Of a stretch of 64,000 bases of DNA, positions 1 through 9,087 are shown in pieces (the first letter of the stretch is position 1; each line of letters begins with the position of its first letter). The notes under the pieces were generated by a model. That model made no database searches, was not told the DNA's origin, and worked only from the letters and a program-made list of their open reading frames with translations. The stretch comes from Candidatus Binatia bacterium (GTDB lineage: Bacteria > Desulfobacterota > Binatia > HRBIN30), in the NCBI GenBank assembly GCA_038245295.1, contig JBBRSP010000001.1, positions 59,486-123,485 on the forward strand, in the 5' to 3' direction. Made by a program: the position numbers and the translations under genes.

Positions 1-165
1 CCGCCGGTGTATAGCGAGCTACCCAACGGCTTTGCCCAGGGCAGTGAGACGGTTGCCTATGTCGACCGTATCCTTCGCCGCTACGCGCGATACCTGGAAT
101 CGACCGCCGGCACGCCGACGCACGACGCCTTTTCGTCCTCGGCCGGCGCATCGGCGAACGGCTAG
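1..165 (+). CDS. 3' fragment of an unidentified CDS. Frame 1 is open from the window edge to TAG at 163-165; product unknown.
   Basis: Open frame from position 1 (…PVYSELPNGFAQGSETVAYVDRILRRYARYLESTAG…); no recognisable motif. Confidence 0.3.
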   Translation, partial: PPVYSELPNGFAQGSETVAYVDRILRRYARYLESTAGTPTHDAFSSSAGASANG

Positions 166-216
166 ACGGGGGCAGCACCGGCGCCTCGGGCGAGATCCGC
201 ACCCGCATCTTCCCGG

Positions 217-951
217 TTGTCTCTCGGCGCTCGTGTGCTAGCCGATGCAACCGTGTTGACTCTTCGACCTGCGGACCAACGTGGTGTGTCCAGGATGTCG
301 TGGCTCGACAGCCGGCACACGTTTTCTTTCGGTGAGTATTACGACCCAGCGCATCTCGGGTTCCACAGCCTGCGTGTCATCAACGACGACCGTGTCGCCG
401 CCGGCGGTGGCTTTGCCACCCATGGCCACCGGGACATGGAGATCTTGACGTATGTGCTCGAGGGGGCGCTCGAGCATAAGGACAGTCTGGGCACCGGGTC
501 GATCATCCGTCCAGGCGAGGCGCAGCGCATGAGCGCCGGGACCGGGATCAACCACAGCGAGTTCAACCAATCCACAACGAGCCCGGTTCATTTCCTGCAG
601 ATCTGGATCATTCCGGCCCAACGCGGCATTGCCCCCGGTTATCAACAGTGTGCCATCGCGACGACCGATGTCGCGGGGCCGCTGCGGCGAGTCGCCGGCC
701 CCGGAGCCGGCACTGATTTCGTCACGTTGCACCAGGACGTCGATGTTTTTGCGATTACGCTGGGTGCGGGAGAATCGACGCGATACACGCCGCGTTCTGA
801 TCGCTACCAATGGATTCAATGTGCGCGCGGCGCCGCGCTCGTCAACCAGCAGGCGCTTGTCGAAGGCGACGGGTTGGCGATCGAAGCCGAGTCGGCGATC
901 GGCATCAGCACTGCCACGACGGCTGAGCTGCTGCTATTCGACCTTGCTTGA
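217..951 (+). CDS. Pirin family protein (YhhW-like cupin, quercetin 2,3-dioxygenase-like).
   Basis: WLDSRHTFSFGEYYDP…GFATHGHRDMEILTYVLEG…H…D aligns along its length with E. coli YhhW, including the metal-binding His/Glu positions. The exact start is uncertain. Confidence 0.8.
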   Translation: MSLGARVLADATVLTLRPADQRGVSRMSWLDSRHTFSFGEYYDPAHLGFHSLRVINDDRVAAGGGFATHGHRDMEILTYVLEGALEHKDSLGTGSIIRPGEAQRMSAGTGINHSEFNQSTTSPVHFLQIWIIPAQRGIAPGYQQCAIATTDVAGPLRRVAGPGAGTDFVTLHQDVDVFAITLGAGESTRYTPRSDRYQWIQCARGAALVNQQALVEGDGLAIEAESAIGISTATTAELLLFDLA

Positions 952-1004
952 ACCGGTCGTAAGCCGGGCGGAATCGTGACTTTTCAACGCGGGAGATGAT
1001 GACG

Positions 1005-2336
1005 ATGGCAGGAAAAGAGACGCTCACAATCACCGACAACCGAACCGGCAAGCAGTATGAGGTCCCGATCGAGCAGGGCACCATCCGCGCCACTGACTTG
1101 AAACAGATCAGAACCGACGACGATGACGGTGGTCTCTACACCTATGACCCCGCCCTCGTGAACACCGCCACCTGCAAGAGCCGCATCACTTATATCGACG
1201 GTGACAAAGGCATCCTGCGCTATCGCGGCTACCCGATCGAAGAGTTGGCTGAAAAGAGCACCTACCTCGAGACCGCCTATCTGATCGTCAAAGGCGAGCT
1301 GCCCGACGCCCGGCATCTCAGCTTCTGGAAACGCAACATCACCACCCACTCGATGGTGCACGAGAACATCAAGAAGTTCGTCGAAGGCTTCCGCTACGAC
1401 GCGCATCCGATGGGCATCATGGTCGGCACCATCGGCGCCCTGTCGACGTTTTACGCCGATGCCAAGGACATCCTGGGAATGGAGTCTCGCCGCCTGCAGA
1501 CGCGCCGGCTGATCGGCAAGATCCCGACCATTGCGGCCTGGGCCTATCGACACAGCCGCGGTTTGCCGTACGTCTATCCGGACAACGACCTCAGCTACAC
1601 CGGGAACTTCTTGTCTATGCTCTACAAGATGACCGAGGTCAAATACACGCCGAACCAGACACTCGAGCATGCCCTCGACGTATTGTTCATCTTACACGCC
1701 GACCACGAGCAGAATTGTTCGACGAACGCGCTGCGCGCCGTCGCCAGCTCACAAGTCGATCCGTATTCCGCCGTCGCAGCCGCTGTGGCCGCCCTCTACG
1801 GTCCTCTACACGGTGGCGCCAACGAAGCGGTAATCCGCATGCTGACGGATATCGGCTCGGTCAGCCGCATTCCGGACTATATCGAGAAGTTCAAGAAGGG
1901 CGAAGGCCGCCTGATGGGCTTCGGCCACCGCGTCTACAAGAACTACGACCCGCGCGCCACGATCATCAAGCGTATCGCCTACGAAGTCTTCGATGTGACC
2001 GGCAAGAACCCGCTGATCGACATCGCCCTCGAGCTGGAGCGCATCGCCCTGCAGGACGATTACTTCGTCAAGCGTAAGCTCTACCCCAACGTCGACTTCT
2101 ACTCGGGCATCATTTACCAGGCGATGGGTTTCCCCGTCACCATGTTCCCGGTGCTGTTCGCCATCCCGCGCACCGCCGGCTGGATGGCGCAGTGGGCCGA
2201 GTTGGTGCGCGATCCCGAGCAGAAGATCACACGACCACGGCAGATTTTCATCGGCGAGCCGGCACGCAAGTACGTCGAGCTCAACGAGCGCCCGGCACCG
2301 TCGATGCGTGAGGATGCCGTGAGCGTGGAGATCTGA
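1005..2336 (+). CDS. gltA: Citrate synthase (type II, hexameric-like).
   Basis: Full-length similarity to citrate synthases, including the GFGHRVYKNYDPRA active-site region. The track start is 996, but GGGAG at 991-995 is best spaced for the third ATG at 1005. Confidence 0.9.
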   Translation: MAGKETLTITDNRTGKQYEVPIEQGTIRATDLKQIRTDDDDGGLYTYDPALVNTATCKSRITYIDGDKGILRYRGYPIEELAEKSTYLETAYLIVKGELPDARHLSFWKRNITTHSMVHENIKKFVEGFRYDAHPMGIMVGTIGALSTFYADAKDILGMESRRLQTRRLIGKIPTIAAWAYRHSRGLPYVYPDNDLSYTGNFLSMLYKMTEVKYTPNQTLEHALDVLFILHADHEQNCSTNALRAVASSQVDPYSAVAAAVAALYGPLHGGANEAVIRMLTDIGSVSRIPDYIEKFKKGEGRLMGFGHRVYKNYDPRATIIKRIAYEVFDVTGKNPLIDIALELERIALQDDYFVKRKLYPNVDFYSGIIYQAMGFPVTMFPVLFAIPRTAGWMAQWAELVRDPEQKITRPRQIFIGEPARKYVELNERPAPSMREDAVSVEI

Positions 2337-2340
2337 TGCT

Positions 2341-2392
2341 GCGCCTACGATCTCACCAATTTACCGATCGGTAGGCGCAAGCTTTAGCTTGC
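2341..2392. terminator. Two adjacent stem-loops between convergent gltA and the DUF2064 gene; candidate bidirectional terminator.
   Basis: GCGCCTACGATC(2341-2352) pairs with GATCgGTAGGCGC(2366-2378), a 12-bp stem with one bulge and a 13-nt loop. CGCAAGCT-TT-AGCTTGCG follows at 2375-2392. The position is just after the gltA stop and overlaps the stop of the convergent gene. Confidence 0.4.
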
Positions 2393-3061
2393 GGAGCTCG
2401 GGGCACGGAACACACCGGCGGTGTGTCGCAGATCCACACGACCATCGGCGATCACTCGACGTAGCTCCTCGAGATCCTCGATCTCGTCAATGTCGAACGA
2501 GGGCGGCAGCAATGCCGCCCTCAGTCCTAAAGCCGCACAACGTGCCAACGTCGCCGTCAACACATGGGGCGTGCTCATTTCGATCCCGCTGAAGACGTCG
2601 TGCGGCTCTTTCATCGCGATGAGGTAATACCCGCCATCGCGGCTCGGCCCCAACACAACGTCGTGATCCGCTAGCTTCTCGTCGGCTTCATCGAGAAGCG
2701 TCGACTCGATGTGGGGTACGTCAGCGCCGATCATGACCACGCGAACGAATCCCTGTTTGTGCAGTGTGGCGAAGACATTGCGCATGCGTGCGCCCAATTC
2801 ATTCCCCGACTGCGACAGATAGAGCCCCGGCTCAACGAACAGCGAGGCGAAGTCGGCATCCGCTGGCGTGTAACACCAGACGAGCTGACGAGATCCACGG
2901 CGGAAGCGTGATTCGAGGTCGCGCAGGAATGCCGCATAGAGGTCGCAGGCGCCTTGCTCGCCCAGCACCTTGGCCAGGCGCGTCTTCACATCGCCAGCGC
3001 GCGGATACCGGGCCATGACGGCAAGGGCGTTGGGCAGAGTTCCTTTCCGGGCCGTCGTCAT
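2384..3061 (-). CDS. DUF2064/TIGR04282-type glycosyltransferase (MobA/CofC-like nucleotidyl-transferase fold).
   Basis: The track ORF (to 3712) is trimmed to the internal ATG at 3061 (MTTARKGTLPNALAVMARYPRAGDVKTRLAKVLG…), which forms an ATGA overlap with the stop of the upstream rhamnosidase. The N-terminal motif pattern is typical of the DUF2064 family. Confidence 0.6.
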   Translation of the reverse strand: MTTARKGTLPNALAVMARYPRAGDVKTRLAKVLGEQGACDLYAAFLRDLESRFRRGSRQLVWCYTPADADFASLFVEPGLYLSQSGNELGARMRNVFATLHKQGFVRVVMIGADVPHIESTLLDEADEKLADHDVVLGPSRDGGYYLIAMKEPHDVFSGIEMSTPHVLTATLARCAALGLRAALLPPSFDIDEIEDLEELRRVIADGRVDLRHTAGVFRAPSSAS

Positions 3062-5442
3062 GAGCGTTTGCTCCACGTTCGAGTGTGTCGCCCTGGAGGC
3101 AGCGCCGCCGTGGTGCCGTCGGGCAGCACCAATTCTGCCTCGGTCCCCGGTGGCACCGTCACATCGACGTTGCCGTGATTGTCGTCGGCGAGCCGCCACG
3201 CAACTTCGATGCGGCCATTCGGGGAGTCCTGTTGCGTGTGCGCGTTGCCGATGCCACCACCCGGCCGTGGCGCAACGCGAAAACGCCGGTAGCCAGGCGC
3301 GAGAATCTGCAGGCCGGCGACGTAGCGGTGCAGGAAGGAAATCACCGCGCCCTTGCTGTAGTGATTGAGCGATGCGTGGGCGACGCCGGCGGCGTCGATG
3401 CCATCCCATTCCTCCCAAACGGTCGTGGCGCCGCGCTCGATCATGAGCAGCCACGACGGCGCCGTGTTCTGAAACAGCAGCTCGTAGGCGATGTCGAGAT
3501 GTCCGTTGTCGGCCAGCACCGGCAACAGGAACGGTGTGGCCAGGAATCCGGTACCGAGATGCGTGCCGGCAGCGCGAATGAGCGCCACGAGGTCGTTTGC
3601 GGTCTGTGCTCGCCGCTCGCGCGGCACCAGATCGAAGGCGAGGGCGCGAACCAGAGTCGCCTGCGTGTGCGGCGTGATGCGGCCGTTGGCGTCGATGAAC
3701 TCGCGCCGCCACGCATCACGCACATTCTCGGCAAGCTTTCCGTAGCGTTCCGCGTCCCCGCCACGCCCAAGTGTTTCGGCCGTCTGCGCCACTTGCAGCG
3801 TCGAGCGATAGAAATAGGAGGTCGCCAGCGCGCCGTGGTCGCTGGATACGGCGAGGTTGATCGAGTCGGCGAGTGACTGGCCAGGCTCGAGCCATTCGCC
3901 CCAATGATATCCGCTATCCCAAATGTAACGTTCATGCGGCGCGGGCTCGGCCGAACGCTCAACCCGCGAGTGATGCCGGCCCGTCGCCGCGGCGCGTTCG
4001 GCAAAACCCACCCAGGCGGTCATCGATTCCCATTGGTCGGCGAGAACCTGCTGGTCGCCGGTGGCACGGTAGATCTCCCACGGCACGTGCACCGCGGCGT
4101 CGCCCCAGCCAGCCGACCCGACCATGCCCTTCCAGTAGGGGGGCTCGCGGTCATCCATCGCATGGGGCTCCGGGACAAGATTCGTCACCGCGCCATTCGC
4201 GAACTGCTCGGCCGCAAGATCGCGAAGCCACTTCCTGGTGAAACCGGTGACATTGTAGAGATACGCCGCCGTCTCGATGTAGATCTGCCAATCCCCCGTC
4301 CAACCGGCACGCTCGCGCGTCGGGCAATCGGTCGGAATGTCGCACGCGTTACCGCGGAAGCTCCACTCGGCGATGCGATGGATGGCGTTGACGCGCGCGT
4401 CCGAGCAATCGAAGGAACCGATGCGGCGGAAATCGGTGTGGACCACGACGCTGGCGATGTCGCCGGCGACCAGTGGTCCGGGGTGCCCGTCGACGCGGAC
4501 GTATTGGAAGCCCTTTGTGCTGTGGCGCGGCTCGAAGACATCGCCCTCGACACCGGCGGAGATGACGCTGTCCGTTTGGAAGGTCACAGATCGATCCGCT
4601 TCCATAGACGTGCCGCTGGCGATGTTCTCCTGAGTGACATCGCCGCTGCGATCGAGTGCTTCGCCGTAGGTCAGGGTGAGCGACGTTCCCGCCGGACCGA
4701 GATTCCGTAAGCGCACCCATCCATGACTATTCTGTCCGAAATCGACGACCCATCGACACGGCGACAACTCGCGGACCGTGACCGCGCGCAGCTCCTCGAC
4801 ACGCCGCACCGGCGGCGCGAGCGATGCACACAGCTCACGATATCCATAGTCGGCGACGCGCACGGGGCTCCACGAGGAACGATCCGTTCCGGGCTCGGAC
4901 CAGCCGGGAACACGCCGCCGCAGATCCTGTACTTCGCCGGCGATGAGATCGGCGCGCCGGATGTGACTGACACACGACCGCCAGTTTGAGTCCGTCGCAA
5001 CGCGGATCACCTTGCCCGACTTCAGTGTGACGACAAGCTGCGCCAGGAAGGCCGTTGTCGAGCCGTAGTCGTTGACGCGGCGAGCGACGCTGTTCTGCCC
5101 ACGCCACCAACCGTCGCTGAGGATGGCCCCGAGCGCGTTGCGCCCTTCGACGACAAGCTCTGTAACGTCAAAGGTCTGCACCTGGATGCGCTTGCGATAG
5201 GAGGTAAACCCGGGAGTAAGCTCGCAGTCGCCGACACGCTTGCCGTTGATGAATGCTTCGTACACACCGTGCGCGGTGGCGTGCAGGTATGCCGACTGGA
5301 TCGCCGTCGATACGGTGAACTCGCCGGCGAGATGATAGGCAGGGCGTTGGCGCTCGGGAACGTCGGTTGGTTCAATCGGCTCGATCCAAGAGCCGACCCA
5401 CGAATCCGCATTGGGTATGGACGGGACTGAAGCTGTGGTCAT
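3058..5442 (-). CDS. alpha-L-rhamnosidase (glycoside hydrolase family 78); no signal peptide.
   Basis: 794 aa. The block GSFDCSDARVNAIHRIAEWSFRGNACDIPTDCPTRERAGWTGDWQIY matches the conserved GH78 core (IPTDCP.RE..GWTGD). The RBS GAGGGAGAA lies upstream of the ATG at 5442. Confidence 0.75.
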   Translation of the reverse strand: MTTASVPSIPNADSWVGSWIEPIEPTDVPERQRPAYHLAGEFTVSTAIQSAYLHATAHGVYEAFINGKRVGDCELTPGFTSYRKRIQVQTFDVTELVVEGRNALGAILSDGWWRGQNSVARRVNDYGSTTAFLAQLVVTLKSGKVIRVATDSNWRSCVSHIRRADLIAGEVQDLRRRVPGWSEPGTDRSSWSPVRVADYGYRELCASLAPPVRRVEELRAVTVRELSPCRWVVDFGQNSHGWVRLRNLGPAGTSLTLTYGEALDRSGDVTQENIASGTSMEADRSVTFQTDSVISAGVEGDVFEPRHSTKGFQYVRVDGHPGPLVAGDIASVVVHTDFRRIGSFDCSDARVNAIHRIAEWSFRGNACDIPTDCPTRERAGWTGDWQIYIETAAYLYNVTGFTRKWLRDLAAEQFANGAVTNLVPEPHAMDDREPPYWKGMVGSAGWGDAAVHVPWEIYRATGDQQVLADQWESMTAWVGFAERAAATGRHHSRVERSAEPAPHERYIWDSGYHWGEWLEPGQSLADSINLAVSSDHGALATSYFYRSTLQVAQTAETLGRGGDAERYGKLAENVRDAWRREFIDANGRITPHTQATLVRALAFDLVPRERRAQTANDLVALIRAAGTHLGTGFLATPFLLPVLADNGHLDIAYELLFQNTAPSWLLMIERGATTVWEEWDGIDAAGVAHASLNHYSKGAVISFLHRYVAGLQILAPGYRRFRVAPRPGGGIGNAHTQQDSPNGRIEVAWRLADDNHGNVDVTVPPGTEAELVLPDGTTAALPPGRHTRTWSKRS

Positions 5443-5648
5443 CGTCGTTCTCCCTCAGGCTGGCGAATCACAAGAGCCGGGCCCTGGAGCGAAACGCCAC
5501 TGTCCGATCAGGAGCACGCCGCAAGCTTTCCCCTGCGCACACGGAGCGCAGCCTGACCGTTGATATTAGGTGCAAAGCCGTCCACGCCTGTGCGTGTACT
5601 CTCTGCCCAGCGCTTGCCGGTGACAGACACTCACACGCTCCCACGCGC

Positions 5649-6020
5649 TCAATTGATCGGTACGCCAAACTTGGCGTTCCCGGCGGGGTCATCAAGCTCG
5701 AAGAGCCCCCGCAGCCTGGTCTTACCGCCGGTGATCGTAATCCTGCACCTCGCCGGGATGCCCGGTCCAGGCCCGGCGCCGCAAGTCCCGTCAGCTGCCA
5801 GGCCGGGGCATGTATTGGTCGCGGTGACGGTCCCAGCGTTGTTGATCAAGTCGACCGTCACACTGGTGATCGGCGAGGTGCTCACGTTGACGGCATTGCA
5901 GTACACCGACTCGGATCCGAACGCGTAGATATACGACGAGTTCAACGTGCTCGCGATGGCAGACTGCGCCAAGCCAAATGCAACCGCCATGACCGCGATT
6001 ATCTTTCCAATTTGTTTCAT
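5649..6020 (-). CDS. Small secreted Cys-containing hypothetical protein.
   Basis: The internal ATG at 6020 follows GGAG and gives MKQIGKIIAVMAVAFGLAQSAIA, a classic signal peptide. The mature part is ~100 aa with 4 Cys. No homology recognised. Confidence 0.45.
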   Translation of the reverse strand: MKQIGKIIAVMAVAFGLAQSAIASTLNSSYIYAFGSESVYCNAVNVSTSPITSVTVDLINNAGTVTATNTCPGLAADGTCGAGPGPGIPARCRITITGGKTRLRGLFELDDPAGNAKFGVPIN

Positions 6021-6303
6021 CGAGATACTCCATCTGCGCCGGTCGGGGCGCGACTGCTTGGGCGGGCTGACCCGCATGGGTGCTGTCGCATGCAGAGGGT
6101 GGTGCAAGCCGTCGTGCTCCTGCAGGCGCGCTGAAGACGCTCAAATCCCGCAACCAAAACCGCCGCGAGTCTTAACACGGCCGCCGACCGGAGGCATAGG
6201 CGATTCGATGCCCGCCTGCGAACGACGACGTTCCCCTTACGGTTCACGGGAACCGATGATGCGCCACCAGTCTCGAAAGCCGAATCGTGAGTGCTATCGG
6301 GTG

Positions 6304-6332
6304 TTTCGCTCGAAGACGGGCATGGGTATATT
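6304..6332 (+). promoter_or_regulatory. Candidate sigma70-like promoter (TTTCGC-17nt-TATATT) upstream of the TerB-like gene.
   Basis: TATATT at 6327-6332 is a rare AT-rich hexamer in this GC-rich DNA. It lies 17 nt after TTTCGC (6304-6309) and ~40 nt upstream of the RBS/ATG at 6372. Confidence 0.25.
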
Positions 6333-6371
6333 CCGGGCCGTTCGGACGAGTTGAGGAAGGGAGAGTCGACC

Positions 6372-6950
6372 ATGAGCAACAACGCATTCGAGTCACGCCG
6401 CATCGCCTTTGAGGAAGAATACTTCGAGAAGAAGGAAGCGGTGCTGGTCGATAAGTTAAAGGCGGTATTCCACAAGAAGATGGATAAAGAGGCGATTCGT
6501 CAAGCCACCGGCATCACGGATGACGGGGTTCTCGACAACATGGTGGCCCTCAATCTCAGCGGCGAGATGATGTCTGCATTCAAGCTATTGCCGCTCATCG
6601 AGGTCGCCTGGGCTGATGGTGACGTCGACGAACGGGAAGCGGTTGCCGTCCTGAAAGCAGCCGAGAAGCGCGGCGTGGCGCCCGGCAGCGCCGCGCACTC
6701 GATGCTCGAACGCTCCTTGCGCAACCGCCCGTCGCCGGATTCGCGCAAAGTCTGGTTTCTCTACGCCGACGAGCTCCGCAAGCTCCTCAATCCGAAGGAA
6801 CTGGAGACCTTCCGCACCGATTTGTTGGAGGTCGCACGCTGCATCGCCGCGACGAGTGGCGGCATCTTGAATCTCGCCTTCACCGTATCGCCGAACGAGA
6901 AGCGAGTGCTGGAAGCCGTTGAGCGTGCACTGACCCCGGGGGGAGCTTGA
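6372..6950 (+). CDS. Hypothetical cytoplasmic protein with a TerB-like (tellurite-resistance TerB/DjlA-N-like) region.
   Basis: The track ORF starts at 6291; the ATG at 6372 is preceded by GGAAGGGAGAG. The segment LPLIEVAWADGDVDEREAVAVLKAAEKRG resembles the TerB-domain ADG..E pattern. Confidence 0.4.
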   Translation: MSNNAFESRRIAFEEEYFEKKEAVLVDKLKAVFHKKMDKEAIRQATGITDDGVLDNMVALNLSGEMMSAFKLLPLIEVAWADGDVDEREAVAVLKAAEKRGVAPGSAAHSMLERSLRNRPSPDSRKVWFLYADELRKLLNPKELETFRTDLLEVARCIAATSGGILNLAFTVSPNEKRVLEAVERALTPGGA

Positions 6951-7150
6951 GACCGGATGGTAGCGTCTCGATTTGGGATCCACGCCCGCCAGCCGCCCAC
7001 AGCTCAAACTGAGACACTAACGACCGGATCGCGTCTTTGAATCTGCGGACGAAACCTGGTAGCGCCCCGAGCAACGGCTGATCGGCGGCGTCCGGCCGCT
7101 GCTCTTGAGAATTTCACGCTGGGCCGAAGGTTGCGTGGGTACAAAAGGGG

Positions 7151-7936
7151 TTGGCAATGCACAAGGCGCGCGCCGTTCTGCTGGGATTGATCGTACTGGT
7201 GGCGGGGACGACGGCCGCCAACGCCCTCGTGGCGACATTGGCCGCGAGTAAGGACAATTCGATCTTCCAAGAGTTTCCAACCCGCAGTGACGGGGCAGGG
7301 CCGGAATTCTACGCGGGAAACACGGCAGTCGGAAACCAGCGGCGGGCTCTGATCGCCTTCAACACGGCAAGCATCCCGCCCGGTTCCATGATCCTCAGTG
7401 TCGACCTGGCCTTGACCGTTACGGGCATCCCTCGTTCACCCGCCCCGGCCTCCGAAGTTGTCGAATTGCATCGCTTGCTAGCTGATTGGGGCGAGGCCGG
7501 TTCGAGCGGCGATGGCCAAGGCGACGCCGCCCAGACGGGTGATGCGACGTGGAATGACAGGTTCTTCATGACGGACACATGGGCGACTGCTGGTGGTGAC
7601 TTCTCGCCGACGGCCAGCGGCCAGCAGACGATCGGCGGGACGGGCGTCTACCATTGGATTTCGACGCCCGGCATGCGGTCGGACGTCCAGGGATGGGTGA
7701 ACAATCCGTCGAGCAATTTCGGTTGGCTGCTCCTCGGCGACGAGTCGATAAACAAGACGGCGAGAGCCTTCGCGTCGCGGACGCCAGACGAGGCAGGGGA
7801 TGAGCCCGTGTTGACCATCACATTCGTTCCGCCCCCGGGTGCCCCGACGCTCAGCACGGGGGGGATAATCGGACTCGCCATTGCGTTGGCTTTCGTCGGC
7901 ACGAACAGACTACGCCACCGGGCTGCGACCGTGTGA
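7151..7936 (+). CDS. Secreted protein with a C-terminal PEP-CTERM/IPTL-CTERM-like sorting tail.
   Basis: N-terminal signal peptide (AVLLGLIVLVAGTTAANA). The C-terminus VPPPGAPTLSTGGIIGLAIALAFVGTNRLRHR has the motif-TM-basic layout of a sorting signal. The RBS AAGGGG sits 7 nt before the ATG. Confidence 0.5.
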   Translation: MAMHKARAVLLGLIVLVAGTTAANALVATLAASKDNSIFQEFPTRSDGAGPEFYAGNTAVGNQRRALIAFNTASIPPGSMILSVDLALTVTGIPRSPAPASEVVELHRLLADWGEAGSSGDGQGDAAQTGDATWNDRFFMTDTWATAGGDFSPTASGQQTIGGTGVYHWISTPGMRSDVQGWVNNPSSNFGWLLLGDESINKTARAFASRTPDEAGDEPVLTITFVPPPGAPTLSTGGIIGLAIALAFVGTNRLRHRAATV

Positions 7937-8309
7937 CAGGCGCCGGCGCCGGGAAACAGGCCGCAGTATGCCGCGCCGAGGCGGGAATGGAGCGATAACG
8001 CAGGCCGCATAGAAGGTGCCCCGCTGCCAAACGCGCTAGGAAGCCCGTAGAGCCCCGATCGGCACCCAGGACGACCCTACCTAGCCACACAAACTCAACG
8101 TTTTTCGGCTTTTTCGCGAGAGGACCCTTGAAAAATAAGGGTTTTCTCTCCTGTCGACGCCTCCTCCGGTCCGAGCTCGGCGAAATCCCTGTTCCGCTCC
8201 CGGGGGACGACGTGTACCTCCAAGGTTTATCAAGAATCACCAGACCTACCGTCTATGCATTCCGTAGGGTTGCGGACGTACAGGCGTTCCAACTAAGTTC
8301 CGGCGCCCA

Positions 8310-9035
8310 GTGTCCGTACTCATCAACTCACTCATCGCCACCTTCCTCATCAGCCTGATTTCCCTGGTGGCTCTCGTCTTCTGGAAGACGAAGTGGTCGG
8401 ACAGTCTGGAGACGGCCTCGCTCAGCTTCGGCGCCGGGGTTCTCCTGGCGACGACCTTTTTGGAACTACTCCCCGAGGCCCTGGCGCGCGGCGGTAACGA
8501 CGTGTTGTCGGCTTCGATGGCCGGCATGATCGGCTTCTTTGCGCTCGAAAGGGTGTTGCACGAGAACCATTCCGATGCGGCCATTCACGCCGGACCGTCG
8601 CGTTATCTCATTCTGATCGGTGATGGTGTTCACAATTTCATCGACGGTGTGGTGATCGCCGCCAGCTTTGTCATCAGCCCAACGCTTGGCCTCACCACGA
8701 CACTTGCCGTCGCGGCTCATGAGATCCCGCAAGAGTTCGCCGACTACGGCATCCTGGTGAGTGGTGGCTTCACGCGCCGCGTCGCGCTGCAGCTGAACTT
8801 CCTCTCCGGCCTTACCGCCATTCTCGGCGCCATCGTCTGCCTGATGTTTCAGGAGACGATCGAGAAAAACCTGGGGTGGTTCATGGCCGCCACAGCCGGG
8901 ATGTTTCTTTACATCGCCGCCTCCGACTTGATGCCCGAGCTGCAACATCCGCAACGCCGCGGCTCATGGCTGTCCGGGGCGCCTCTGCTGGTGGGTGTAG
9001 CGCTCATCGCGCTCCTGGAGTTTTTCGTACACTAG
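8310..9035 (+). CDS. zupT: ZIP family metal (zinc) transporter, ZupT-like.
   Basis: Multi-pass membrane protein with HNFIDGVVIAASF and HEIPQEFADYGIL, the conserved ZIP metal-binding helices. GTG start per the track. Confidence 0.8.
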   Translation: MSVLINSLIATFLISLISLVALVFWKTKWSDSLETASLSFGAGVLLATTFLELLPEALARGGNDVLSASMAGMIGFFALERVLHENHSDAAIHAGPSRYLILIGDGVHNFIDGVVIAASFVISPTLGLTTTLAVAAHEIPQEFADYGILVSGGFTRRVALQLNFLSGLTAILGAIVCLMFQETIEKNLGWFMAATAGMFLYIAASDLMPELQHPQRRGSWLSGAPLLVGVALIALLEFFVH

Positions 9036-9087
9036 GCTCGTCGCCAGAGCCGTTAAACGCAGCGCGTCGTACCGCCAACCTTCGGTC

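Noticed and set aside
3085-4710. ORFs 3085-3876(+), 3441-4004(-), 3904-4710(+) and others overlapping the rhamnosidase.
   Set aside because: The rhamnosidase frame has strong GH78 motifs. The overlapping frames give Arg/Pro-rich nonsense and are alternative-frame artefacts.
6951-6985. Short stem (GAGAC…GTCTC) followed by GATTT after the TerB-like gene, as a possible intrinsic terminator.
   Set aside because: The stem is only 5 bp with one flanking mismatch and the T-tract is 3 nt, too weak to call.
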